Positions 26,841-36,682 of a DNA stretch of 64,000 bases are shown here, piece after piece. How positions within the stretch are numbered: the stretch's first letter is position 1; every line of letters begins with the position of its first letter. A model generated the notes under the pieces. That model saw only the letters and a program-made list of their open reading frames with translations, did not search any database and was not told the DNA's origin. Made by a program: the position numbers and the translations under genes. The DNA lies in contig CAXXVS010000003.1 in assembly GCA_963674755.2 (NCBI GenBank), positions 256,001 through 320,000 of the forward strand, written 5' to 3'. This DNA is from Desulfobacterales bacterium. Its GTDB lineage: Bacteria; Desulfobacterota; Desulfobacteria; Desulfobacterales; UBA5852.

Positions 26841-29804
26841 TCACCTTCCGCCGGTCCGGCCTAAGGTCCTCCGGATGGCGTGGGCCAGGGTTTCCACGCT
26901 GTAAGGTTTGCGAATAAACCCGGTCGCCCCCAGCCGCAGCGTTTCCTGGACACGTTCCGTCTCCGCAAAACCACTGACCACCAGGGCTTTCTGGCCGGGG
27001 TGCCGGTTCAGGACCGCCCGATAGGTATCCAGCCCATCCATGCCCGGGGACATGATCATGTCGAGCAACACAAGATCCACCCCTCGGGTTTGCAGGTAAT
27101 CCAGCGCCGCCTCCCCGCTGGCCACGGCGGATCCTTGATAATTGAGGGATTCCAGAATCTCCAGGGCGATGGCCTGCTGCTCCGGGTCGTCGTCCACCAC
27201 CAGTACCGTTTGTCGGTCGCCCTCGAGGGCGGCCAATTCCGGCGCGGATGGGGTCTGCCGCACCGCCCGCCGCGTGACCGGAAAATACAGATCGAAACGC
27301 GTCCCCTGGCCCGGGGCGCTGTTGACGTGAATATAGCCCTGGTGATCCTGAATCGTCCCCCACACCACGGCCATCCCCAGCCCGGTGCCGCTGCGGCCCA
27401 TTGTTTTGCGGGTATAGAAAGGCTCAAAAATCCGCTCCACTTCATCGGGCGCCATGCCCGGACCTTTGTCCGTCACCCGCAGCACCACGAACTCCCCCTT
27501 TTCGATGTCCTGGTACCCCTTCAACGGCTTGTCGATATAGCGGTTGCGCGTCAGGATGGTAATCGATCCGCCTCCGGGCTGGGCTTCAAAGGCATTCGAG
27601 ATGAGATTCATGAGGGCTTTTTTCAGGTGCAGGGGCGAGCCTTCGATGGGCAGCAGGTCCGGCGCCAATTCCGAAATCACCCGGACGCCGGGATTCGCGG
27701 CGCGCATGTGAAGATATTCGGCGGATTTGAGATGCTCGCGAACCACCTGGTTGATGTCCAGCACTTCCCTGTTCTTGACCCCCCGCCGGGCCAGGGTCAG
27801 AAGATCCTGAACAATCTCGGCCGCTTTTTCGCCCGAAGCCTTCATTTTCTCCAGATGGTTGCGAATGGGGCTGTCCGGAGGGAGCTTCATCAGTATCAGG
27901 CTGGGATAACTGACGATGCCGGCCAGGATATTGTTGAGATCGTGGGCCACGCCTCCCGCCAGGAGTCCCAGGGCCTCCATTTTGCGCGCCCGCTCCAGTT
28001 TCTGCTGGAGTTCGGCCTTCTCCATCAATGCCTGCCGCCGTTGGGTGATGTCCCGGGTTACCCCCAAAAGGCCGTAGGGCTGTCCGTCCTGATCGCATAG
28101 AAAGCTGACGGTCATTTCGACCCATACCCCGCGGCCTGCTTTATGTAAAAGAATATGCTCAAGGGTCACGGCGCGGGAAAAATCGTTCCGGGCAGCGCTG
28201 TCGGCATATCCTCTGACGAACATCCGGTGAAATTTCTCCCACGTACCGGTGGGCATGATATCTGCCAGCTCCCCGCTTTGGATATCTTCCACACTCCACC
28301 CCAGGATCTTCTTGACCGCTGGGTTGATGTACGTAAAGCGGAGATCGAGATCCATGATCCAGATAATATCTTCGATGTTATCCGCCAGAAAGCGGTATTT
28401 CTTTTCACTTTCCGTCAGGGTCGTTTCCACCTTTTGGCGTTCGGTGATATCGACCCCCATGCCGACCAGGTAGCGCTGCCCGTCCATAACAAGCGCCGAA
28501 CCGGTAAACAGATAAGGCACCATGCTTCCGTCTTTGGATACGAGATGCGCCTCCGCATGGCTGCCGCCCTGGGCCATGGCTTCCCGGAGGCCTTCGCTGA
28601 TGGTGTTCTGCTCCTGATGGGTAAAGAAGTCCAGAATATGGCGGTCCCGTAATTCATCCGCTGCATATCCGGTGACCTCTTCCAGATTGCGATTCCAGCT
28701 CACGAGATGGCCGGCTTCCGAGAAGAGATAGAACACCCCGGGCAGACTGTTAATGATCGTCTCCGATAAAATCTTCTCCCTGAGCAGCTCCCGGTACATA
28801 AATTTATATTCCGTAATATCCCGGGCCACGCCCTGGGTGCCCCGGTAACGGTCCGGGTGCACCTGGCCGGCCTCGTACAAACCTTCCGCACTCACCAAAA
28901 AAACCGGCGGCCCGAAGCTTTCGCCGCCCACCGGGGGGGACGGCGGAATAGAGGCCGGTCGGTCGAACAGGCGCACTTCCATATTATGGGTACGGCGCCG
29001 TCCCGTGCGGCGCTCTTGCAGGCGGTGGGCGACCGTCGAACGTTCCTGCGGATGGACAAAATCCATCAGGGAACGGCTTCGCAGTTCATCGGGGTCGTAG
29101 CCGTAGCGTCGGACCGCGTCGCTGATATAGGTGATCCGGTTGCGGACATCGAGACGGTAGATAATATCCGGTGTGAAGCGCAGAATCGAAGCATATTCTT
29201 CTTCCTGGTCCCGGAGAATCTTCATGATACCCAGCCAAGATGATTTCAGGCGTCCCAGACTCCAGACCGCCCCCAGCATGACCACCGCCGCCGTGGAAAT
29301 TCCGGTGGCCCAGCCTAGCAGAGAACGGTTGTAGTCCGCGGATGGGACGCCGGCCCCCATCCAGCCCGTTACGAAGCCCGCCCCGGCAAGCCCCCCGACG
29401 ACCAGTGCGGCCAGCGTGGCGGCCAGGCCGGCTTTAGGACCATCGACCATGGTGGCGATCACCACTCCGGCAAACAGGAGTAAAAATCCCTGTCCGTTCA
29501 ATCCCCATGCCATCACGCCCGTGCCCGCATACACCATCAAGGCGGCCAGAAAACCATAGGTTCGCCCACGAAACGACAGCCGACGCCGGAACATCAGCAA
29601 AACAACAACGACGCCCCAGGCGGCCGCCTGGACACTGGCCCCCCACTGCCACCCGAACTCGGCGGCACGCGCCATGGAGACCAGAACCACCGGTATACCG
29701 ATCACGGTCATGACCGCGACGAGCCGGTCCAGGAGATCCTGGAAGGCCGTCAGAGGATCGGGCTCCGACGATGGTGAAGCATCATGGTGAATATCCTGCT
29801 GCAT
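26841..29804 (-). CDS. Membrane hybrid sensor histidine kinase (TM region, 3 PAS, HisKA, HATPase, REC)
   Basis: 'AGGVAHDLNNIL', 'NLISNA', 'DKGPGM', 'FEPFYT', 'GTGLGM', receiver 'VLVVDDD..LLDMIM..KP'. Confidence 0.93.
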   Translation of the reverse strand: MQQDIHHDASPSSEPDPLTAFQDLLDRLVAVMTVIGIPVVLVSMARAAEFGWQWGASVQAAAWGVVVVLLMFRRRLSFRGRTYGFLAALMVYAGTGVMAWGLNGQGFLLLFAGVVIATMVDGPKAGLAATLAALVVGGLAGAGFVTGWMGAGVPSADYNRSLLGWATGISTAAVVMLGAVWSLGRLKSSWLGIMKILRDQEEEYASILRFTPDIIYRLDVRNRITYISDAVRRYGYDPDELRSRSLMDFVHPQERSTVAHRLQERRTGRRRTHNMEVRLFDRPASIPPSPPVGGESFGPPVFLVSAEGLYEAGQVHPDRYRGTQGVARDITEYKFMYRELLREKILSETIINSLPGVFYLFSEAGHLVSWNRNLEEVTGYAADELRDRHILDFFTHQEQNTISEGLREAMAQGGSHAEAHLVSKDGSMVPYLFTGSALVMDGQRYLVGMGVDITERQKVETTLTESEKKYRFLADNIEDIIWIMDLDLRFTYINPAVKKILGWSVEDIQSGELADIMPTGTWEKFHRMFVRGYADSAARNDFSRAVTLEHILLHKAGRGVWVEMTVSFLCDQDGQPYGLLGVTRDITQRRQALMEKAELQQKLERARKMEALGLLAGGVAHDLNNILAGIVSYPSLILMKLPPDSPIRNHLEKMKASGEKAAEIVQDLLTLARRGVKNREVLDINQVVREHLKSAEYLHMRAANPGVRVISELAPDLLPIEGSPLHLKKALMNLISNAFEAQPGGGSITILTRNRYIDKPLKGYQDIEKGEFVVLRVTDKGPGMAPDEVERIFEPFYTRKTMGRSGTGLGMAVVWGTIQDHQGYIHVNSAPGQGTRFDLYFPVTRRAVRQTPSAPELAALEGDRQTVLVVDDDPEQQAIALEILESLNYQGSAVASGEAALDYLQTRGVDLVLLDMIMSPGMDGLDTYRAVLNRHPGQKALVVSGFAETERVQETLRLGATGFIRKPYSVETLAHAIRRTLGRTGGR

Positions 29805-29912
29805 GGAAAACCTCCTGCAATTCGATCCGGAGCGGTCCGGTAACCGCAAATTCACGAAGGTTACACTTTTGTCCGAAAAAAGAAAAGCGTCTTAAAATCA
29901 GACGTTCGCCTC

Positions 29913-29940
29913 TTGACCCGCATATTTAATCTGGTATGGT
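29913..29940 (+). promoter_or_regulatory. sigma70-type promoter upstream of pabA
   Basis: TTGACC, 16 nt, TATGGT, with an extended TG. Confidence 0.55.
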
Positions 29941-29984
29941 GACCTTCATCATAGAACAGCTTAAATTGAGTTATGCCATAGGTC

Positions 29985-30019
29985 GACGCCACCCAGACTC
30001 AAAGGGGTGGCGTTTTTTT
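29985..30019 (+). terminator. Intrinsic terminator inside the pabA leader
   Basis: GACGCCACCC, 10-nt loop, GGGTGGCGTT, T7 tract; ends 16 nt before the pabA ATG. Confidence 0.75.
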
Positions 30020-30035
30020 ATGGAATGGAGGGGCG

Positions 30036-30671
30036 ATGCCGTTTCGTCTGCTCGTCATCGATAACTACGATTCGTTCACTTACAATCTGGTCCAGATGTT
30101 TCTGCAATACCCGCTGGACATCAGCGTTTACCGTAGCGACCGGATCGCGCTGGATCAGATTCCGGAACTGATACCGGATTATCTGCTGGTGAGCCCGGGG
30201 CCGCGGGACCCAGCCCATGCCGGTATCTCCATCCCCCTTATCCGCCATTGGTATCGCCACCTGCCAATCCTGGGGGTCTGCCTGGGCATGCAATGCCTCA
30301 ACGAAGCCTTCGGGGGACGGACGGTGCGTGCCCCGCTGCCCCGCCACGGCAAGGTGAGCCCGGTCCATCACGAGGGCCGCGCCCTCTTCCAAGGCCTGCC
30401 GTGTCCCTTCGCGGCGGCACGTTACCACTCCCTGATGGTAGACGTCCGTTCGCCGGTTCTCGAAGTGACGGCCCGCAGCGACGATGGCGTGATCATGGGG
30501 CTCTCCCATCCGGCATTTCCCCTACACGGTGTTCAATTTCATCCGGAAAGTTTCATGACGGAAGCCGGGTTCGACCTTGTGGAAAACTTCCTGCGGTTGG
30601 GACCGCTGAGCGCGCCGCAGCGCTGCGCCCCCCATGACGAGGCTCGGCTGACCATTCACCAGAAGATATAG
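30036..30671 (+). CDS. pabA: Aminodeoxychorismate synthase component II (glutamine amidotransferase)
   Basis: IDNYDSFTYNL, SPGP, LGVCLGMQ, RYHSL, VQFHPES; adjacent to pabB. Confidence 0.9.
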   Translation: MPFRLLVIDNYDSFTYNLVQMFLQYPLDISVYRSDRIALDQIPELIPDYLLVSPGPRDPAHAGISIPLIRHWYRHLPILGVCLGMQCLNEAFGGRTVRAPLPRHGKVSPVHHEGRALFQGLPCPFAAARYHSLMVDVRSPVLEVTARSDDGVIMGLSHPAFPLHGVQFHPESFMTEAGFDLVENFLRLGPLSAPQRCAPHDEARLTIHQKI

Positions 30672-32918
30672 ATGATGACGGAATCCTGCCAGGCGTTGCA
30701 TTTAAGCAGTGCGATCGAAACGATCCGCACCGAGGAGACAACCCTGTCCCGGCCCATGATCGATATGGCCGCCCGCCTGGCCGATCAGGAGGGGACCGTA
30801 CTGCTCCTGAGCGGCGGGGGGCTGGCAAGCGCCCGCTATCACATCCTGGGCTTCGACCCCTGGCTCTGTCTGAAGGGAAGGGGCACCGATCTGACCTTAA
30901 CCATCGATGGGCAGGTTTCCAGACTGGAAATGAATCCCCTGGAAGCCCTGGGGGCCATCGTGCACCAGTATGGCTGTCCCCCGGGCCGTACGGTCGAAAC
31001 CCCCCTGACAGCCGGCTTGATGGGTTATCTGGCCTACGACCTGAAGGATGTACTGGAGACGCTGCCCCGTACCTCGCTGGAGCGCTGGCTTCTGCCGCAC
31101 CTGTGTTTCTATGCACCTTCCATCATCCTGGTGCACGACCGGCAGCGAGGACGGACCGTACGGCATGAAATTGTACGCCGGGGGCAGCCGGCACCGGATG
31201 GCCACGCGCGTCTAACAGGTATCGAAAAAGCGCCGCCGCCGGATGAAAGCTTTGCCGTTGACCGCGACAACCTGCAATCCAATTTCAGCCGCCGGGCCTA
31301 TGAAGACGCGGTCCGGCGCATCCGCGCCTACATCGCCGCCGGCGACGTCTATCAGGTCAATCTGTCCCAACGCTTCGAAACCAGTTTCCAGGGCAGTCCC
31401 TTCGGGTTTTTCCGGGCCCTCTACGAACGCAATCCAGCCCCTTTTTTCGCCTTTTTGAACGCCGGCGATCATCAGCTGGTGTCCACTTCCCCGGAGCGGT
31501 TTCTATGGCTGCAGGATAGCAAGGTGGAAACACGCCCCATCAAGGGCACGCGGCCCCGCGGCCAGGTCCCTGATGAGGACCGCGCCATGCGTGCGGCCCT
31601 GGAAACCAGCGCCAAGGACGATGCCGAGCTGTCCATGATCGTCGATCTCCTGCGCAACGACATCGGGCGGGTCTGCCGGGGCGGCTCGGTCCGGGTGGCG
31701 GCCCACAAAACCGTCGAGGCCTATGAAAACGTCTATCACCTGGTCTCCATCGTGGAAGGGGAGTTGGCGCCAGGGCGGGACGGCATCGATCTGGTCCGGG
31801 CGGCTTTCCCGGGCGGCTCCATCACAGGCTGTCCTAAAATACGATCCATGGAAATCATCGACGAGCTCGAACCCGACCGCCGCCACGTCTACACCGGCTC
31901 CCTGGGCTATATCAGCTTTCACGGCACCCTGGACCTGTCCATCGCCATCCGCACGGCGGTCATTCACCGGGACCGCATGGCTTTTTCCGTGGGCGGGGGC
32001 ATCGTCTACGACTCGGATCCGGCTGACGAATACGACGAAACCCTGCACAAAGGACGCACCCTCGTGAGCGTGTGCGACGAATGCGCTCCCCTGAAAGAAA
32101 GGCCGCAGAGGGTCTGGTTCGACGGCCGCATGTGCCCCAGCGCCGATGCGCGTATACCTGTGGGAGATGAGGGCGTGCGTTATGGTTATGGCTTCTTCGA
32201 AACCCTGCGGGCCGCAAACGGGCATGTGCCGCTTCTGGCCCGCCATATGGCACGCTGGGAGAAAAGCTGGCTGGCGCTTATGGACGGGCCGCCGCCGGAT
32301 ATCACCTGGGAGCCTGTCATCCGGCAGGTCCTGGAGCACAACGGGCTGGCCGACGCCACGGCGGCCGTGCGCCTGACCGCCGCCCGGGGGCAGGCCGATC
32401 ACGCCCCGGGCTACCACCTCTATGTCACGGCCCGGACCTACCGCCATCGCCTTGATGTCTTAGGCACCCATGGCCTGCAATTGTCCGTCTATCCCCAGCC
32501 GCGCCAGACGCCGTTGGCCGACCATAAAACCCTCAACTATCTGTTCTACCACCAGGCCGGACGCTGGGCCCGGTCCCGGGGCGCCCACGAAGCCGTCATC
32601 CTCAACCCGGACGGCACCCTTTCCGAGACCAACACCGCCAACCTCCTTGTGGTGCAAGGCCGGACGGTTTTCCGTCCCCGATCCGCCCATGTGCTGCCGG
32701 GCGTGATGGAAGCCTGGGTCCTGGAACAGCTCACGGCTATGGGATTTGACATAGCCTCCAAACCCCTTTATCCGGAAGACCTTTGCGAAGCCGATCAGGT
32801 GCTGCTCACCAACGCCCTGATGGGATGCGTGCCGGCCGTCGGTCTGGACGGCCGGCCGCTGGCGGCCCCGGACGATCTCGCGGAGCGGCTCAACGCTTGT
32901 GTTTTTGGGAAAGAATAG
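30672..32918 (+). CDS. pabB: Aminodeoxychorismate synthase component I fused to ADC lyase (class IV aminotransferase fold)
   Basis: YQVNL, SPERF, PIKGT (the PabB lysine; TrpE has PIAGT), FPGGSITG; then 'YGYGFFETLR', 'HKTLNY', 'LPGVM'. Confidence 0.92.
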   Translation: MMTESCQALHLSSAIETIRTEETTLSRPMIDMAARLADQEGTVLLLSGGGLASARYHILGFDPWLCLKGRGTDLTLTIDGQVSRLEMNPLEALGAIVHQYGCPPGRTVETPLTAGLMGYLAYDLKDVLETLPRTSLERWLLPHLCFYAPSIILVHDRQRGRTVRHEIVRRGQPAPDGHARLTGIEKAPPPDESFAVDRDNLQSNFSRRAYEDAVRRIRAYIAAGDVYQVNLSQRFETSFQGSPFGFFRALYERNPAPFFAFLNAGDHQLVSTSPERFLWLQDSKVETRPIKGTRPRGQVPDEDRAMRAALETSAKDDAELSMIVDLLRNDIGRVCRGGSVRVAAHKTVEAYENVYHLVSIVEGELAPGRDGIDLVRAAFPGGSITGCPKIRSMEIIDELEPDRRHVYTGSLGYISFHGTLDLSIAIRTAVIHRDRMAFSVGGGIVYDSDPADEYDETLHKGRTLVSVCDECAPLKERPQRVWFDGRMCPSADARIPVGDEGVRYGYGFFETLRAANGHVPLLARHMARWEKSWLALMDGPPPDITWEPVIRQVLEHNGLADATAAVRLTAARGQADHAPGYHLYVTARTYRHRLDVLGTHGLQLSVYPQPRQTPLADHKTLNYLFYHQAGRWARSRGAHEAVILNPDGTLSETNTANLLVVQGRTVFRPRSAHVLPGVMEAWVLEQLTAMGFDIASKPLYPEDLCEADQVLLTNALMGCVPAVGLDGRPLAAPDDLAERLNACVFGKE

Positions 32919-32951
32919 ACTCTGCCGGACGGCAGGGTCCGACGGGAGGGG

Positions 32952-33458
32952 TCAGCCCTGCTGGGCGTGCTTCACGAGATGGCCCAGCTCCGGGAAGATA
33001 AGCGCCTTGCAGGCCAGCTTACAGGCGTTGAGGCTGCCGGGCATGCAAAAAACCAGGGCGCTGTCGATGGTGCCGGCCGTGGCCCGGGAGAGCAGGGCCG
33101 CCGAATCGATTTCCTCGTAGCTTAGCTGGGCGAAAAGGGGGCCGAAGGCGGAGAGTTCCTTTTGCAGCAAGGGGCGCACCGCTTCGATGGTCACATCCGC
33201 CGGGCTGATTCCGGTTCCGCCGGTCACCAGCAGGGCGTGGGGGCGAAAGGCCGCCAGAACTTCTTGCACCTGGGCGACAATGGCCGCGGCCTCGTCTGTC
33301 ACCACCCGGTGATCCACCACCTCGTGGCCTTCCCGCCGGGCCAGGCGCGCCATCCATTGGCCGCTCTTGTCTTCTTCAAGGCTGCGGGTGGTGGAAACCG
33401 TCAAGATCGCGATACGCAGATTGCGCGGCACGTCGGCCTTGTGTTCGTGTGCTCCCAT
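32952..33458 (-). CDS. moaB: Molybdenum cofactor biosynthesis protein MoaB/MogA
   Basis: ILTVST, DKSG, TGGTGISPADVTIEA, SRATAG, FCMPGS. Confidence 0.92.
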   Translation of the reverse strand: MGAHEHKADVPRNLRIAILTVSTTRSLEEDKSGQWMARLARREGHEVVDHRVVTDEAAAIVAQVQEVLAAFRPHALLVTGGTGISPADVTIEAVRPLLQKELSAFGPLFAQLSYEEIDSAALLSRATAGTIDSALVFCMPGSLNACKLACKALIFPELGHLVKHAQQG

Positions 33459-33460
33459 AG

Positions 33461-34012
33461 TCAACTCTCCTGAGCGGTCTGTTTTTCCAGCAGCACCTGA
33501 TCTTCGCCGTCGCTTTCCTTCAGGCAGACGTTGATCGTCTCGGAACGACGGGTTTCCACAAAGCGTCCCACATAGTCAGCCTGGATGGGCAGCTCCCGGT
33601 GGCCCCGATCTACCAGGACCGCCAGTTCGATGCGGTCGGGGCGGCCGAAATCCATGATGGCGTCCATGGCAGCCCGGGTGGTGCGTCCGGTGAACAACAC
33701 ATCATCCACCAGGATGATGTGCTTGCCGTCAACCGAAAAGAGGATGTCCGTGGCCTGCACCACCGGATGATGACTGATGCGGGTCCAGTCGTCACGATAG
33801 AGGGTGATGTCCATATCGCCGGTGGCCACGGTGGTGCCTTCGATATCGCGGATATACTGCTGAAGGCGCTTGGCCAGGAAGACGCCGCGGGTTTGGATGC
33901 CGATCAGCGTCAACTCGGCCGCCCCCTTGTGGACCTCCAGAATACGGTGCGTCATGCGGATAATGGTGCGGTCGATATCCTTGGCATCCATAACCATTTC
34001 GCTCTTGTTCAT
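33461..34012 (-). CDS. pyrR: Bifunctional pyrimidine regulator / uracil phosphoribosyltransferase
   Basis: IGIQTRG, DITLYRDD, LVDDVLFTGRT, LVDRGHRELPIQADYVG. Confidence 0.95.
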   Translation of the reverse strand: MNKSEMVMDAKDIDRTIIRMTHRILEVHKGAAELTLIGIQTRGVFLAKRLQQYIRDIEGTTVATGDMDITLYRDDWTRISHHPVVQATDILFSVDGKHIILVDDVLFTGRTTRAAMDAIMDFGRPDRIELAVLVDRGHRELPIQADYVGRFVETRRSETINVCLKESDGEDQVLLEKQTAQES

Positions 34013-34186
34013 GATGGTCTCCTGTGGGGGCGGTCCACGGCGCTCCGGCTGGGCAGGCCTTACGATCCGGCGCCAGCGCGGGCGTTGCGCCAAAACGCTT
34101 TCTATCTCGCTTATATCATTCGTTGAAGGGAGATCAAGACCCTTTGTCCACGGCGGGTCGATGTCTCCCCGGCAATGGGAATCACC

Positions 34187-34215
34187 TTGCCTCGCAGCGC
34201 GCTTTCCTCTATGAT
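34187..34215 (+). promoter_or_regulatory. sigma70-type promoter of the moaE operon
   Basis: TTGCCT, 17 nt, TATGAT. Confidence 0.6.
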
Positions 34216-34313
34216 GACACTTCCAATTTAAAATTTACTTCATAAAACTAGCAGGTTAACCCATGGGGAACCGAAACGTGCTACGCGGTCTAGTTAACCC
34301 GCGCAGTCTATAG

Positions 34314-34694
<381 letters not shown>

Positions 34695-34708
34695 GGAGCG
34701 TCGCCGTC

Positions 34709-35218
34709 ATGGGATCCTTCACCCATCTCGATGCCGAGGGCCGCGTGCGGATGGTGGACGTCGGCCACAAGCCCCCCACCGACCGCCGGGCCGTGGCCCA
34801 GTCGGTGGTGGTCATGCAGGCGGACACCTTCCGGCGCATCACCGCGGGCAAGATCAAAAAAGGCAACGTACTTGAAACCGCCCGCATCGCCGGGGTCATG
34901 GCCGCCAAGCAAACCGCAGGACTGATCCCCATGTGCCACCCGTTGAACCTGCGGCATGTGGAAATCAATTTCTTTCCCGATGCGGATCGCCATCGGATTC
35001 GCATCGAGGCGGCCGTGCGGGTCATCGACCAGACCGGGGTGGAGATGGAGGCCCTGACCGCAGCCACGGTCGCGGCCCTGACGCTCTATGACATGTGCAA
35101 ATCCTACGACCGGGCCATGTCCATCACCGACACCTGGTTGGTGAGCAAATCAGGTGGCAAAAGCGGCGACTACCACCGCGGCCCCACGGAAGGTCCTCCC
35201 GAAGTGGCCGCGCCATAG
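34709..35218 (+). CDS. moaC: Cyclic pyranopterin monophosphate synthase
   Basis: FTHLD..RMVDV, KKGNVL, LIPMCHPL, TGVEMEALT, YDMCKS, KSGGKSG. Confidence 0.97.
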   Translation: MGSFTHLDAEGRVRMVDVGHKPPTDRRAVAQSVVVMQADTFRRITAGKIKKGNVLETARIAGVMAAKQTAGLIPMCHPLNLRHVEINFFPDADRHRIRIEAAVRVIDQTGVEMEALTAATVAALTLYDMCKSYDRAMSITDTWLVSKSGGKSGDYHRGPTEGPPEVAAP

Positions 35219-35233
35219 CCCGGAATTGCGATC

Positions 35234-36682
35234 ATGAGCATGGATTATGACCTGCTGCGCCTGTCTGCCAGCGCAATCCTTGGCTTTGCCGTAGGCGGGG
35301 GGCTGGCCTGGTGGTTGGGTCGCCGCCGCCTTCTGACCGAGCAGCGCGCGGTGCAGGATCAACTGGAAGAACGCCGCCATGAGGTGGTTCGCCTGACGGA
35401 AGAAGGCGCGGCCGCCCGCGCCCGGGCCGAGCAAGTGCCCTCGCTGGAAAACGCCCTGCAAAAGCGCGACCGGCAGCTGGCCGAATTGCAGCACCAATTG
35501 ACCGAAGCCAGCCAGCGGGGGGCACGCCTGGAGACCGTCATCCGCCGGGATCGCCAGGCCATGCGGGAAAAGCTGGCCTTCATGGAAGATTGGCAGACCC
35601 GTATGGGTGACGCCTATAAAGCCTTGTCCGCTACGGCCCTCAGGGAAAACAACCAGGTCTTTCTCGATCTGGCCCAATCCGCCCTGGCACGCCAGCTGGA
35701 TGCCGCCCGCAGCGACCTGACCCAGCGCTCCCAAGCCGTGGAAACCATGCTGAACCCCATTCGTGACGCCTTGACGCGCTATGATCAACAGGTCCTGTCC
35801 CTGGAGCGGGCCCGGGAAAACGCCTATGGGGAGCTGCGCCAGCAGCTGCAGACCATGGCCGCATCCCAGGACCTGTTCCGCCGGGAAACCGGAAAACTCG
35901 TCAAGGCGCTGCGGGTGCCGCACGTGCGCGGGCGCTGGGGGGAGATCACTCTCAAGCGGGTGGCGGAAATGGCGGGTCTCCAGGCGCACTGCGATTTTTT
36001 CGAACAACCCAGCACCGCCGGCGACAAGGGTCGGCTGCGGCCGGACATGCTGGTACGCCTGCCCGGCGGCCGGCTGATTCTGGTGGATGCCAAGGTGCCC
36101 CTGACCGCCTATCTGGATGCCCTCGAAACCACGTCGGAAAAAGAACGGGAGAACCATTTGGACCGTCATGCCCAGCAAGTCGCCAGCCACATCCAGCAAC
36201 TCGCGGCCAAATCCTATTGGGCCCATTTCGACCCGACCCCCGAATTCGTGGTGCTGTTCATCCCGGGCGAAAATTTCTTTTCCGCGGCCCTTTCCCGCAA
36301 TCCCGGCCTGATCGAAAGCGGGGTCCAGAAAAACGTCATTCTGGCCACACCGACCACCCTGATCGCCCTGCTCAAGGCGGTGGCCTACGGTTGGCGTCAG
36401 GACCAGGCCGCCGCCAATGCCGAAAACGTCTGCCGTCAGGGCCGGGAACTTTACGAACGGCTGCAGGTCATGGCCCGCCATATGGACCAGATGGGCAAGG
36501 CCCTGGAAAGCTGTGTCCAGCATTATAATCGCATGGCAGGATCCCTTGAACGGCGGGTCCTGACCGCAGCCCGGCGCTTTGAGGATCTGGGGGTCGTGGC
36601 GGATGCCGAGCCTGATCTGGCCCCCCCGCGAACCATCACCCAGACCCCGCGCAGCAGCAACTTTAAGGAACCCCCTAAATGA
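35234..36682 (+). CDS. rmuC: DNA recombination protein RmuC
   Basis: N-terminal TM and coiled coil; RGRWGE, LRPD, VDAK, PEFVVLFIPGE, LATPTTL. Confidence 0.95.
   Translation: MSMDYDLLRLSASAILGFAVGGGLAWWLGRRRLLTEQRAVQDQLEERRHEVVRLTEEGAAARARAEQVPSLENALQKRDRQLAELQHQLTEASQRGARLETVIRRDRQAMREKLAFMEDWQTRMGDAYKALSATALRENNQVFLDLAQSALARQLDAARSDLTQRSQAVETMLNPIRDALTRYDQQVLSLERARENAYGELRQQLQTMAASQDLFRRETGKLVKALRVPHVRGRWGEITLKRVAEMAGLQAHCDFFEQPSTAGDKGRLRPDMLVRLPGGRLILVDAKVPLTAYLDALETTSEKERENHLDRHAQQVASHIQQLAAKSYWAHFDPTPEFVVLFIPGENFFSAALSRNPGLIESGVQKNVILATPTTLIALLKAVAYGWRQDQAAANAENVCRQGRELYERLQVMARHMDQMGKALESCVQHYNRMAGSLERRVLTAARRFEDLGVVADAEPDLAPPRTITQTPRSSNFKEPPK

Noticed and set aside
29936..30064. Trp-containing leader peptide for a trpG/trpE-like operon
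   Set aside because: The ATG lies inside the -10 box with no RBS, the Trp codons are not tandem and fall in or after the terminator, and the enzyme has the PabB PIKGT motif.
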